From: Basidiobolus meristosporus CBS 931.73
Lineage: Eukaryota > Fungi > Basidiobolomycota
NCBI GenBank assembly: GCA_002104905.1
Contig: MCFE01000183.1
Coordinates: 62,001 to 126,000, forward strand
Reading direction: 5' to 3'
Length of the DNA: 64,000 nt
In this document: positions 24,720 to 36,547 of the stretch, piece by piece
How positions within the stretch are numbered: the stretch's first letter is position 1
How the letters are laid out: the number at the start of each line of letters is the position of its first letter
Notes under the pieces: generated by a model
Databases searched by the model: none
What the model saw: the letters and a program-made list of their open reading frames with translations, nothing else
Told to the model about the DNA's origin: nothing
Program-made: the position numbers and the translations under genes

Positions 24720-25443
24720 ATGGCTCTTCCTGCTGAAATCACTGCCGAGGCTCAAGGCATCCAACTTTTCAACAAGTGGTCCTATGAAGACCTCGAGATC
24801 AAGGACATCTCCTTGACCGACTACCTCCAAATCAGAGCTCCTGTCTACTTGCCCCACACCGCCGGTAGATATGCTACCAAGAAGTTCAGAAAGGCCCAAG
24901 TACGTAGGTCGAATTGCTTGGGGCTGCGTGGATGATACTAACCGTTTGTGCTTTGCTAGTGCCCCATCGTTGAACGCCTCACCAACTCTCTTATGATGCA
25001 CGGCCGTAACAACGGAAAGAAGCTCATGGCTGTCCGTATCGTCAAGCACGCTTTCGAGATCATCAACCTTCTTACCGATCAAAACCCTCTTCAAGTCCTC
25101 ATTGATGCCATCATCAACTCCGGACCCCGCGAAGACTCCACCCGCATCGGTAGCTCTGGTACTGTTCGTAGACAAGCCGTTGATGTTTCTCCCTTGAGAA
25201 GAGTCAACCAAGCCATCCACCTTTTGACCACTGGTACTCGTGAGTCTGCCTTCAGAAATGTCAAGACCATTGCTGAATGCTTGGCTGATGAGCTCATCAA
25301 CGCCGCCAAGGGCTCCTCCAACAGTTACGCCATCAAGAAGAAGGACGAATTGGAGCGTGTCGCCAAGAGTAAGTCCCATCCCATGGTCCATGGACCGAGC
25401 AGCGACTGTGTACTAACCGATTTCCTCTTCAGGCAACCGTTAA
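24720..25443 (+). CDS. RPS5: 40S ribosomal protein uS7/S5
   Basis: Exons 24720-24899, 24960-25368, 25433-25443; KFRKAQ|[28 protein letters not shown]...[11 protein letters not shown]. Confidence 0.98.
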
Positions 25444-25618
25444 TTCTTGCGCCACCTTTTCGAGTTACTTGCTCATACTTTACACCGTCTTTGGATGAAG
25501 TAGAGCGTTATTTGACTCGGCATCACTTTAATAAACTCCTAAAAACCATACGGTCAGGCGTGTTTGTGGAGCGTTCGTCGCATTTGTAAAGAATGGATTT
25601 ATTGCTTTTGCACTGTGC

Positions 25619-28600
25619 TCATTTCTGGTTCAAAACTGAATAGCCTCTAGGCCCGTTGAGTCTTGATTGGGGCCTGGACTGGATTAGGGTGCGCGATGAT
25701 GCTGCTTGGGAGGTGCGGTTGGAGGGAGAGGAGTAGAACTGGTAGGGTGCAGTCCAGGAGGGTGCCCGATGATACAGCTGCCCGTGCATTGGACTGGGTG
25801 TGGAGTAGCGTGCATTTGGATGCGGCATATGTCCGAATTGATGGTAGCTGTAGGATGGGATGGAATAGACGGGGTTCATGCCAAATGAACGCGAGGCCTG
25901 TACCCGTGGGATATATGTCTGGCGTGCCTGGTGGTGAGGTTGATATCCAAGCGGGGAGACGGAGAGCGGCATAGAGTAATGGGAGAACTGTGGATGATAC
26001 AGGTCCATGGGATCGCTCATTGGTGGTATCGCGGTGGAGACGAATGTAGGGGCCCCGGTGCTGCCATTCTGATATGGACGAGGGCCACAGAGCTGGCTAT
26101 AGCGAAGCTTGCCTTGGTCGGTCATGTGGTCGCCCTCGCTGTGGTGTCTTTTCTGAAGCGACTTGTATTTGCTTGAGCCATCCAGCTCGCGGGCTTGATT
26201 CGGCATATAACGATGAGTGGGTTCGGCTGTGTATCTTATTGGCTCAACCACGACATCCTCGATGATCTCGTTCTCGTTGATTACGCTGAGCTCTCTACTC
26301 AGATTTGGTCCGTCGAGTCTGCCGTGCTTATAGTAGTGTGCATCGGAACCTGGTCTCAGAGTCTCAACCTCGTCGCTCGTGGAGCCACGTTTCTCAGTGC
26401 TCCATTCGTGCCAATGCTTGGTTGGGATATCGCCGGGGTCGAACTGCTCTACGTCTCTGCCGTGTTCGTCGCCACTGCTCAGACCGTCTATCTTTCTCGT
26501 GGTTCCCCAAGAGAAATCGTCGAAATGCCAGAACGCATATATGGGAAGGACAAAATTCCATATCGGCATGGCCAATATAAACACCACCATCCAGAGAACA
26601 TACCCCATCTTTCTGGTGGTCACGGCGATTAGTAGGCTCTGGAGGAAGAATACGATGCACATGAACAGTAGTGGCAGCCAGACATCGGCCCCAGTGAATG
26701 CAGCCAGGATCAGAAAGCAGAAGAAGACAAACGAGGCCGGCATGATGACCGTTCCGACTAGCTCCAGGAGGATCACGAACTGCATGGAGCAGCAAAAAAT
26801 CCCACATAGTTGTGGAACCAGGATCAGCTCCAGTAGATTGTGGATGGTGGAGTTGATCCAACGTCGACGCTGGCTCAGAAGCACTCGGAATTCATCTGGA
26901 ACCACCGTCTTGCAGATGGCTTTTGGCACGTATATCATCTTCCGCTTGGGAAAGGTACGGATCATCAGGGTCGTGAGGTAACGATCCTCTCCTAATAACA
27001 ACAGGTTTTTCTGGTGAAGCGTGGAGACATGGTTGGAGGAATACAGTGCCACGATCTCTGGATTGGCAAGCACCGGCACTGAGTAATCGCTACACTTCGG
27101 TGCCTTGATTCGATACATGCAAAAGCAGCCAGGTAGGCAGGTGACTCCACCAAATATCGATTCGAAAGCCTTCCCCAGATGATGCGAGATGTAGTACTCG
27201 TACACCTTGAATCGGGAATTGGTAGCTGTTAAGGACTGTCTGCGTAAAGAGCATGTAGACGCGTACTGTACCTGAATCATGGTCACCCAAGTTTGTTTCT
27301 TGTTTGCTACTTTGGTCTCTCCACAAAGCCCCATCACATTCGAATCTCGTTCCATCGCAGCCACCATCCGGCTGACACTGTCCTCCTCAACCAGAGTATC
27401 CGCATCTACCATCAGGACCATCTCGAATTGATCAGGTGTGAAACTCATCAGAATCCTGACTTTCTCGAACAATTCGTACTCTAGTGGATTCATCTTCTCA
27501 TTCAGACATATCTTGCTTAACCATCGCATCAGGATCAACTGCGAATCTCTCTTTCCGCGGTTTCCGGCCCTAGAAGTGGTTCTTTCGTTCGGGGTTCCGC
27601 ACTTGACCACCACCAATATTGGCACCCGATGCTCCTGGCAGCGGTAGAAGCCAGTGTACACCTGTGCCATGTTATGCTGTCGGGCACCGTCTCCTACCGC
27701 AATATAGGAAGCAGGCTCGGGAATTGCCGCGGCCGAGTCTAGCGGCTCTATGATGTCCAAAACGATGTTGGGAGTAGATTTGTCGTTCCCAGAGCCTATG
27801 ATATCCCCGTCGCATATCACGAAGAGCAGCTTGCTTTCATCCTCGTAACTGGTCAAGGCCAGCGAGTCCAAAGTCGTCCGTATCGAGTGTTCTCCCTCGG
27901 AGTAGCACGTGACAAGCAGGATAATGGGCTTGATTGGATCGGAGGGATTGGCCTTCTTTGAGATCTTCCCTAGCTTTTTGGACAAAAACCAGTCGAAGGC
28001 CACTGCCGAGGCAAATTTGATTAAGATGATACCCACGAGGATAACGCTGGACACCACAATCAGCAGGTTGGAGGCGAAGCAGCCGGTACTTGACCCCTCC
28101 ACCATCCCAACCATCAGCTGGTCTTCGAAGCAGGGAATCATGTTTTTCAAACCACGATCTCTCATGATGTCTCTGGTGGCGTCTCTTCCTATCAGCTTCA
28201 ACAACTTCGAGGTGAACTGGGCATCTCCCAGATAGGTTTCGTTATTGTACAGGTAAAGTTCGAGAGAGAAAACCTTGTCGTTGTACACGAATAGCTTTCT
28301 CTCTTTCTCCTGGATGGACTCCCAGGAGAAGGCGACGAAGTTCTGTATACTTAGGGACTCCAAGGTTTTTCGGGAGATCGGACTATTGTGGCAATGGTAG
28401 CGCTTGTCCATCCCTTCGAACGCACAACTAGGTCTCAGTGGCCACTTCCGGCACTTGGAGGCAAACTTGTCAATCGGAAAGAACTCACTAATATCATGCC
28501 CCAACAAGGGGTTGATCACCGAGGCCAGATCTTCGTCTTGGAAAGGAAGGATGGGCCTGTGGTAGCCAAAGCGGAAGTAGTCTCTGACATTATAGAGCCT

Positions 28601-30365
28601 GCCCCGAACGATCATAAGCTGCATTCCTTTGCCCTCAAACCCATATTTGTGGGCCACATCCTCGGCAAAGATGGGCGGGCTCTGGCGACAAACGACCGCT
28701 GAAAAGGTGAAAGTTAGGAAGCCAAAGAAGGCGGAGATCAGCAGAATTATTATACATAGGGAGACTTTTTCTCTCCAAGCTTGGCGCACATCCGAGTCGG
28801 TCAACTTCCCGCAATCAGCCAAACAGTGGTTTACACAGCAGCAGGTTAGAAGCTTCGAGGCAATCTCCCAGAGCCTTCTAGAATCGGACGGCTCCTCCTG
28901 GCTTCCCGCTATAGAAGGGTTGGTCATCATGCGGGGATGTGGCGGTGATCGCCGACGTTGAAACTCCGGCTCAATCAGTGGCTGGTGATTGTCGTACGAG
29001 GAACGCGATTGTCGCCGGTCAAGCTTGATTTGGAAGGGAGACTTGACATTCCAGCCGGACTTCTCGTTGGAGAAGCTTTCCCACTGGCTTTGCTCCCAGG
29101 AGCTCTCGTCCAAAGATTTGATGGATCTCGTAAAAGTTGACGTCGCAGGCCTTTGGTCGGCGATATGGAATTCGGATGACGCCTGTTTCCCGGAGCCTAG
29201 CCGGTAATTGTGGGATCTGATGTATTTGGTAGACAAGTTGGATCCCCGTGAGCTTCGGTGGCCGGTGAGAGTGATAGAGGAGACCGGGGAGCTCCTCGCG
29301 GTGCTAGGCTGCTCACTAATCGTGCTTGGGAACGGAGACAGAGTCGAGCTTCCAAGCTCTCTCGATAAGATTCGCGACTTCGGGCGAACGCTGAAGGGGA
29401 TTGGTGCGGGGATGGTAGGCCTTTTGCTGGGTACATTGGGGATTTCACAGTCGGCCAAGATCCGCACAATTGCCAAGCGGCTAGCATCCCGAGCCAGATC
29501 CTCTGCATTCTTGCCGTTATCGGTGGTAAGTGTGACGTCTGCGCCGTATTCCACGAGCTTTTGCACGACTGAAACCTTGCCTGCATGGGCCGCCAGCATC
29601 AGAGCTGACCAGCCGAACTAAGAAGTGGCAAATGTTAGGTGGTGCTAACCCCGATGGCCCAATCAGACACGAAGCACAAACCTTGTCCACACAGTCCACC
29701 TCGGCCCCCCGCTCCAGGAGCGCCTCCACCGTATCTTCGTAGCCCTCAAAGCTCGCGAAGCTTAAAGCGGTTTTCTGGGTGATGTCCCGATGATTGATGT
29801 TTGCATGGCCGATGCCCACTAAGAAGCAGCACAGCGACGCGTGGCCGTTGTAGGCGGCAATGATCAGCGGAGTGCTCAGCTCCTGGATAGAAACGGTAGA
29901 TTAGCCCCCTACCATCGGCCCCAACTAGTAGAAATACAACCTTACCCTGTTCTCAGCATCAGCATTGGCGCCGGCTTTGATCAACTGTTCGGCGGCCTCG
30001 CTAGCACCCGCCGCACAAGCTTTGTACAACGCAGTATTTCCTTCATTGTCTTTCTTGGAGATAGAATAAGTGAGCTGCATCCAGGGCATGGGGTTGTTAC
30101 ACGTCTAGAAGAAAACCAAACCTCTTAGCTCCAAGTCAACAGTGGGGTGGCTCGCAAGGAACTTCAACACCTTGATCCGATTTCGGAAAGCTGCCACCAT
30201 GAGAGGAGCACGACCATCCTCATCACGGATGTAGTTCAGGTCAAACTGCTTTTGGTTAAATATCTCACAAACTCTATCTACATCGTCTTGATTTATTGCC
30301 TGGAAGAACTCCACCACTGGGTCCGAAGAGGGGGAAATGCTATACCATGTCGGTATGCGGGACAT
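25619..30365 (-). CDS. Division-2 (class IV-like) chitin synthase with ~6 N-terminal ankyrin repeats, ~1493 aa
   Basis: Exons 30365-30122, 30049-29946, 29882-29682, 29617-27272, 27205-25619 (phases 1,0,0,0; total 4482 nt). Motifs GNRGKRDSQ, MVDADT, LGEDRYLT, QRRRW; cytochrome-b5-like segment (VRGRLYNV); TM helices; no myosin motor. Confidence 0.92.
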
Positions 30366-31329
30366 GGGAAAACTCAAACCAAAGGATAAATAGGGTTGGT
30401 TTTTATAAATATACAGCCTAGGATGGCAATGGTGGTATCAAATGAAATGTCCATAGAGGAGCGACGCTTATTTATGGCCCGCTTGGAAGCTCGCCATGAA
30501 GTGCGGAACTTTGCGATACAATGGCCTCGGGTTGGAAAGTAAACTCCGGCGCCCGAGTTCCACTGGAGCTGTATGGCAGGGCATGGTAAACGATCATTCG
30601 GCCCGGAATAAATGAATCCCCTCCGTGTCCTGGGTGCATATGTTGTAATTTGTCTTGAATGCGAGATGAAGGAAATTTCCCTGGGCATTTGATTGCAGCG
30701 GAGATCGCTACTTCGAAGGGAGCATCGATGTGTGCATGCCGACGCCGCCGCCATACAATGGTTTGTCGGTGTCGAGCTAGCATTGGTCTGAGGCGTCTGG
30801 TAGAACAGACTGCGCCCATTGCTACGAGACATCAGGCTGTGGAAAACATGGCAGGGATACGCGGCTGCATCGGACACTTCAAGGACCATTCCTATTCCAG
30901 ACCTCACTGATGAGCGCACTTATCAACCACGCATCAACCACTGTGATAGCAGCGATGAGCAGTAATGCGTACATATTGTTGAAATAGAAATCATCAGTAG
31001 CAATTTTGTCTAAATTATTAATGTTGTGGATGCTTCGTAGCACCAATTTTGGGCCTCGTATTAGACCTCAATGGATCGAAGAGATCAAATGGCTACGGCC
31101 TGGTTACTGCGAGAACTTCGATTCGATTTAATTAAAACCAGTCAGCCTTGGACTTATTTGGAAAGCCATCTGAAGAATTTAACTCTGTGGAAAGGTTCTT
31201 CGCTGATTCGATATAAACGGTTGACCAGCTCCTTGGTAGGTGGAAGCTCCACTTGGTTAGACCGGCGATTACCACACACTTGTAGCCGCACAGCGTACTC
31301 CACAACTCACTCTGAAATACCTCTCCAAC

Positions 31330-32185
31330 ATGCACTGTGCTGGCTCAGCTTTTGGAGATGCCGAAACACTCATTGGTACGTATTTTCTTGACCAAGCCCT
31401 TATAAGCCGGCTAATAGCTGAGTTATGTCTCTGTAGATGCAGCGGAATATGTTGTCGACAGGGTCTGGCGTCCCTTCAACTCAGTCTCAGATTCAAATCG
31501 CTTGGATTTGCGAGAATTTGTCCGAGAAACGGTCAACGCTTCGCAAACAGCCCATTCAACAACGATCCTCTCACTCTATTATATGTACAAGCTGCGCGGA
31601 GCTGTCCATAAGATGATGTTCGGCCGAGAGTATACACCGTTAGAGGCCAGCGGCTGGAAGGGGATGCACAATATCACGTCCCCATTTGACGAAGATGGAT
31701 TTGAGCAACAGGCTTCATTGGAACCCAATGCCCAGCAGCGGCTGTACTTCGCAAAGAATACTTTTGTTGGCGCACTGATAGTGGCCTCGAAATACCATCA
31801 AGAAAACAACCCTTTCAATATGGATTGGGCGCGTTACACAAGCTCCACTTTGGCACAGGTCAACGATTTGGAAATGGAATTTCTTGACTGCATCCAGTAT
31901 GATCTTCACGTGTCCAAGGAGGAATATGAGCTATGGACCGTCGAGCTCTGGCGAGAGGTCCAAGAGGCCGTGCGCAGTAAATGGAGGGCTCACAAGCGCG
32001 CCTCTACTGGGAAGGCAAAGTCATCAGCGAGGCACCATCATCATGTGAGCAATCCTTACACAAGTAGCCTCCGCTTCGACTCTAGAAGGCATGACCAACA
32101 CGCCTCCAGCAACGAGGAACGTGAGCTCATTATCCCGATCGAACGAGCGGTTTCTGCTCAAATCAGGCACTTTGTCAGGGACTAG
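31330..32185 (+). CDS. Pho85-type (Pcl/Clg1-like) cyclin; 5' end uncertain
   Basis: Exon 31330-31375, intron 31376-31436, then FVRETV..SQT..STTILSLYYMYKL...FVGALIVASKY...N..WARY.....VNDLEMEFL..IQYDLHV (cyclin box). Confidence 0.8.
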
Positions 32186-32489
32186 GCTGGGGCCGACACC
32201 CCACGGAGCTGGACTGCACCCTCTTCTCTGTACACATACGATTGTCTGCTCCACTGTACTCTTGTATATACATGTTTGAAATAAATGCTGAATGGAGATT
32301 CTCGTCGGTTTGATTCTGATTTTTAGTAATGCCAAATCCCACCATCTTGTATTTGTAAGCCAAGATCAATCTCTGGTGAGAAATGATCAATGCTGATAAT
32401 CATGTGTCACATGACGATGCGCAACATGTGTGGTTCGTTTGGTCTCCCCTTCGCTCATTGTCCTCTACTCTGAGGAGTGCTACTTCCCA

Positions 32490-33714
32490 ATGACTTCTAC
32501 ACAGCCCACTCCCAGTGAACCATCGGAACCAAGATTCGACCACAATCGTGTTCGCATACCTATGAAGCTATCTCTCCCTCCTGGTGCTCAACCTGACATC
32601 ATTAGAGCCAACCAGAAGGATGTTTATTATGAGAAAGTGCTGGAAGAGAAAGTGGTCGGGGTGTTTCAAGACTGGTTAGGAACAAGAAGACAATTGCAGT
32701 ACCAAAACGAGCTCAACCTGGCTTCAAAATTGGTATACCTGTCGCTGACCACGTTGTTGGGCTCACAAACGTTAGGGGAGGAGTATTGTGATATCTTGCA
32801 AGTGACCACAGAAGCAGGAACATACCCAAGTCTTATACGGCGTGCATTGCTGGTGTTCCTGAATGTCTGTGCACCCTACCTGGCAGCGAGAGGCCTCACA
32901 AGCCTAAGGAAAACAAGCCGCCAACGGCAACTTATCAATGGTAATCTCTTCCTTATCTATTGCTCGGGGCTCATGTTAAAGTTCGGAAATTGCTAGCCGC
33001 GAAAACAGAAGAACAAGGTCTGAAGCCCAGAGTGCAGAAATGGCTTACTGAGCACTCAGCTAAGCTTCAGACGTTCTTCACCACCTACGTACGCTCAACG
33101 CATATGGCTATCTTTTATTTCTTTGGAGCGTATTATCATTTCTCCAAAAGATTCACTGGGATACGTTATGTAAGCGATATTTCACACCTCAATGGAGCCA
33201 GTCGGTACTTACGCAGCTCCCTTTAGATCTTCACTCGGAAGCTACGCAAAGGCGAGGAGCGTGTTGGTTACGAGATTCTTGGTGTGTTGATCGTCATACA
33301 ACTGTTGGTTAAAGGATTCCTCTCTTATCGTCAAAGCCTCAACAATACACCAAAGGAAGAGGTGGAGGAGGAGGCAGATACCGATTTGTAAGTAGATGTT
33401 GGATCGACCCCGAGCAGAGCTTGTCTGACCTTGGCCAAATCAACAGAAACTACTCGATGGATGTGGAATCTTCCGCACAATCGTGCACACTTTGTCTGTC
33501 GCCACGCAAGGATACAACGGCAACTCCATGCGGGCATCTTTTCTGCTGGACATGCATCTGCGAATGGTGTCGAAACAAGGTAAGCAACGGGGCGATCTGC
33601 CATTCATTTGCCTACGCTTATCAACAGCTAATTGAAATGATCACTCAGCCGGAATGCCCACTCTGCAGACAACCAGCCACCTCATCTAAGCTTCTGTTGG
33701 TTCAAAATTATTAA
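32490..33714 (+). CDS. PEX10: Peroxin-10, peroxisomal RING E3 ligase
   Basis: AQPDIIRANQKDVYY, QTLGEEYCDI, YYHFSKRFTGIRY, and C-terminal RING CTLC...TPCGHLFCWTCI.EWC..K|PECPLCRQ; several in-phase introns. Confidence 0.95.
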
Positions 33715-33932
33715 ATCTTATCGCATTCATCAATAAACTTTCCTTGATTAATTTTATTCACCCTCAAACCAACCACCATTGACTAGAGTCGACAGAAAAC
33801 GAAAATTTCTAGGTGGAGATTTCTGACCCCAAAATTGAGCGGCAAAAATCTTGCTGGTTTTATTAATTGAAGTAAAGGACTTCGCCTTGAGACCTGACTT
33901 GACGAAGACCCCAGACTTTTCGAAGTTTCACC

Positions 33933-34395
33933 ATGTTTCAACTACTTAGCAGACCATTCGGCTTGTTGGCTGGCTTCCGTCAACCTGTTCAGAGAAATGT
34001 CACCGGGCTCCAGTCGTTGGCTGGCCACCTGTCCAGGTAATTTGAGTTTCCTCCATGACCGCCTCGCCGTGCAAACGAGACTAACTCCTATTTGCATTCG
34101 CCCCGAACCAGTCGTTTCGCCCGACCCTCCAACGCCTTGAAGTGAGTTACTGCAGCTACGGAAGCGAGTTCTTGAGATCCTTTACTAAACCGAGCTCTAC
34201 CCCATTAGTGTTCCTTCCGGACTCCGAGTCAATGGTATGGAGCAGATCCGATGCGTCACCTACGGAAACGAATACCAGCCAAGCAATCTGGTTCGCAAGA
34301 GACGCCACGGCTTCCTGGCCAGAATCCGCACCAAGTCCGGTCGCAGAATTCTCAACCGGAGAAAGCTCAAGGGACGTAAATACCTGTCCCACTGA
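33933..34395 (+). CDS. MRPL34: Mitochondrial ribosomal protein bL34m (3 exons; missed by the ORF track)
   Basis: [17 protein letters not shown]... presequence-like N-terminus; last exon [46 protein letters not shown]. Confidence 0.93.
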
Positions 34396-34732
34396 GCGGC
34401 TCCAGCCCGAAACCTTCGTGCCCTTCATCAATCGACCTTTCTTTGTTCCTCCCCTAGAACTGAACCACCCATCTGCATTTTGTGAACAGCTTCTTTTCTC
34501 TCCATTGAAATAAACCACCTTTCAAATGAACCGACTGGCTGTCCCCCAACCAACATACCACTGGCTATTAATACAGCAGCACTTCAAACATAGCAAACAA
34601 GGCCCCTCTGACATCATGGAGGACGGTCACGTCATTGGCGAGATGCGGTTATTTTAATCTACCAAGGTCGCTGACTCAGCCTCGACGGATATAAAACCCA
34701 GTGGACGTTGTCATGGTGAATGGAACCAAACT

Positions 34733-36417
34733 ATGCTCCGAAACTACTTGTGTCTAGCTCAGATTCTGATCGGCTTGCCATCCATGGTGTGGGGCCGAAA
34801 CGTAGGGAACTTGGCCACGGACGGTACGTATAGGGGGGAGCTGCTCATGTCGAACATGTCTCATCCGCGGGGAATCACCTTTGACCCCGCGGGGTCCTTG
34901 CTTGTGGTGTGCGTCGAGTCGCAAGAGGTAGTGGCGCTTCGGGAGGATGCCTCGGGGGCGTTTTCCAAATATACCATCATCAACCAAACCAACCTCCCCG
35001 CGCAGTTCACCTTGAATCATGGCATAGCGTACTTCCAGGACCACCTCTATCTATCCAACGACACTACAGCCTACCGGTGGCCTTATGGCGCTGGCCAGCT
35101 CACTCTCGCCACGAATACCCCGCAGAGGGTGATACGGAACATCGACGGTGGTGGGAACCATTTCACCCGCACGCTACTGATCCGAGAGTCCGACGGAAGG
35201 CTGTTCATCAATGTCGGAAGTTCTGGAAATGTGGACCCAAACTCCAATCGGGCGAAGGTCAGGTAGGTTGCCGGTTCTCTTCCGCAGACGCGTGGTTAAT
35301 CGGGTCTTGTTCCAGGTACTTCGATCTCGGGGCGAGTGGTGATTCTTGGTTGCCAGGGAATCCAGATGGATTTGATTTTCAGGCCGGTGCGGTTCTTGCC
35401 GATGGTGTGAGAAATGAATGTGGCCTTGGCCTCGATCGGCACGAGAATGTGTGGGGGGTCGAGAATGGTTCGGATCAGCTGATCCGCTCGGATCTAGGCG
35501 GAGATATCCATGAGTGGAATCCAGCCGAAGAGATGAACTTCTTCGGTGGCAACAGGACCAACCCCGCGACAAACGTTTCTTTCGGCTGGCCATATTGCTG
35601 GTAAGGAGCTGTTCTGACCCTAGCCTCTGTCTATGTGGAGACGAAGTGACCTCTCTTACCAGGACTGACTACAACCTGACCATATACGATCCTCAGATCA
35701 CAGAGAGAGGTTGGTCATGAACTCACATTCTTGGCGGCTGGCCAACTAACATCAACCACACTTTGTAGGCAATCAGTGGGCTTGGCCAGATTTCATGAAC
35801 AATGGGTAGACCTCCCTCGTCATACCTGCCTACTTCGCTTTCGCTAAGCGCTGTTCCATGTAGGCTAATTTCCGATACCTGGTGCCGAAACTCGACAAAC
35901 AATATGCCCCCGGCCTTGGCTATGCAGGCCCACAGGTGAAGTACCTCCAGCACTGCACCGTCACCAACAGCCAATGTACTAATACTATAGCTTTAGCGCT
36001 CCTCTGGACATTAAATTTTTCGATGGGAGCGGATGCGGTGTTGCCGGGGGATTTAGCTGCAGTCATGCTTGGGATGCCTTTATCTCCTTTCATGGGTCCT
36101 GGAACAGGGATCGGCCAAACGGACGTAAAATCGTCCGTGTTCCTATTGATCCCGTAACTGGAAAACCCGTTGGAGGAATCTCTGGTCAGGTGTTCGATGT
36201 GTGGGGGGAATTGGACCCCGGCAATTGTCAAGACACATGCTTTCGGCCGGTTGGGCTTGCTTTTGATCGTAAAGGACACCTCTATGTTAGCTCAGATAGC
36301 TCCAACGAGATCTGGCGTATCAGTCTAGAAAACGACGCGAGCTTGAGGTCAGCATCCGTTTTATTGGTACGGGCCGTCGCACTTCTCACCCTTGGTTGCT
36401 CCTCGCTAATTCATTGA
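34733..36417 (+). CDS. Secreted PQQ-type glucose/sorbosone dehydrogenase-like beta-propeller (AA12-like), with a hydrophobic C-terminal tail
   Basis: Signal peptide; HPRGI, LNHGI, GNHFTRTLLI, GVRNECGL, WGVENGSD, DIHEWNPAEEMN, FGWPYCW, RPVGLAFD..G.LYVSSD; multi-exon. Confidence 0.8.
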
Positions 36418-36547
36418 TCAAATTTGTAGTGAATTCATTCCGTCAATAAACCCAGAAATTCCAACCAGACTCAATAAATAGGTGTCCAGCACATTTAATC
36501 AATTAATTACACACGAAAGTTCCGGTCGCATATCTTCAGCACTCGTC

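Noticed and set aside
24606-25391. 261-aa minus-strand ORF overlapping RPS5
   Set aside because: Antisense shadow of a highly codon-biased gene; no independent motifs. The same applies to 50614-51027 and 51097-51582 opposite HSP70.
30374-30919. 181-aa minus ORF upstream of the ankyrin-CHS
   Set aside because: GTG start, no recognisable domain, lies in a promoter region; plus-strand ORFs of similar quality overlap it.
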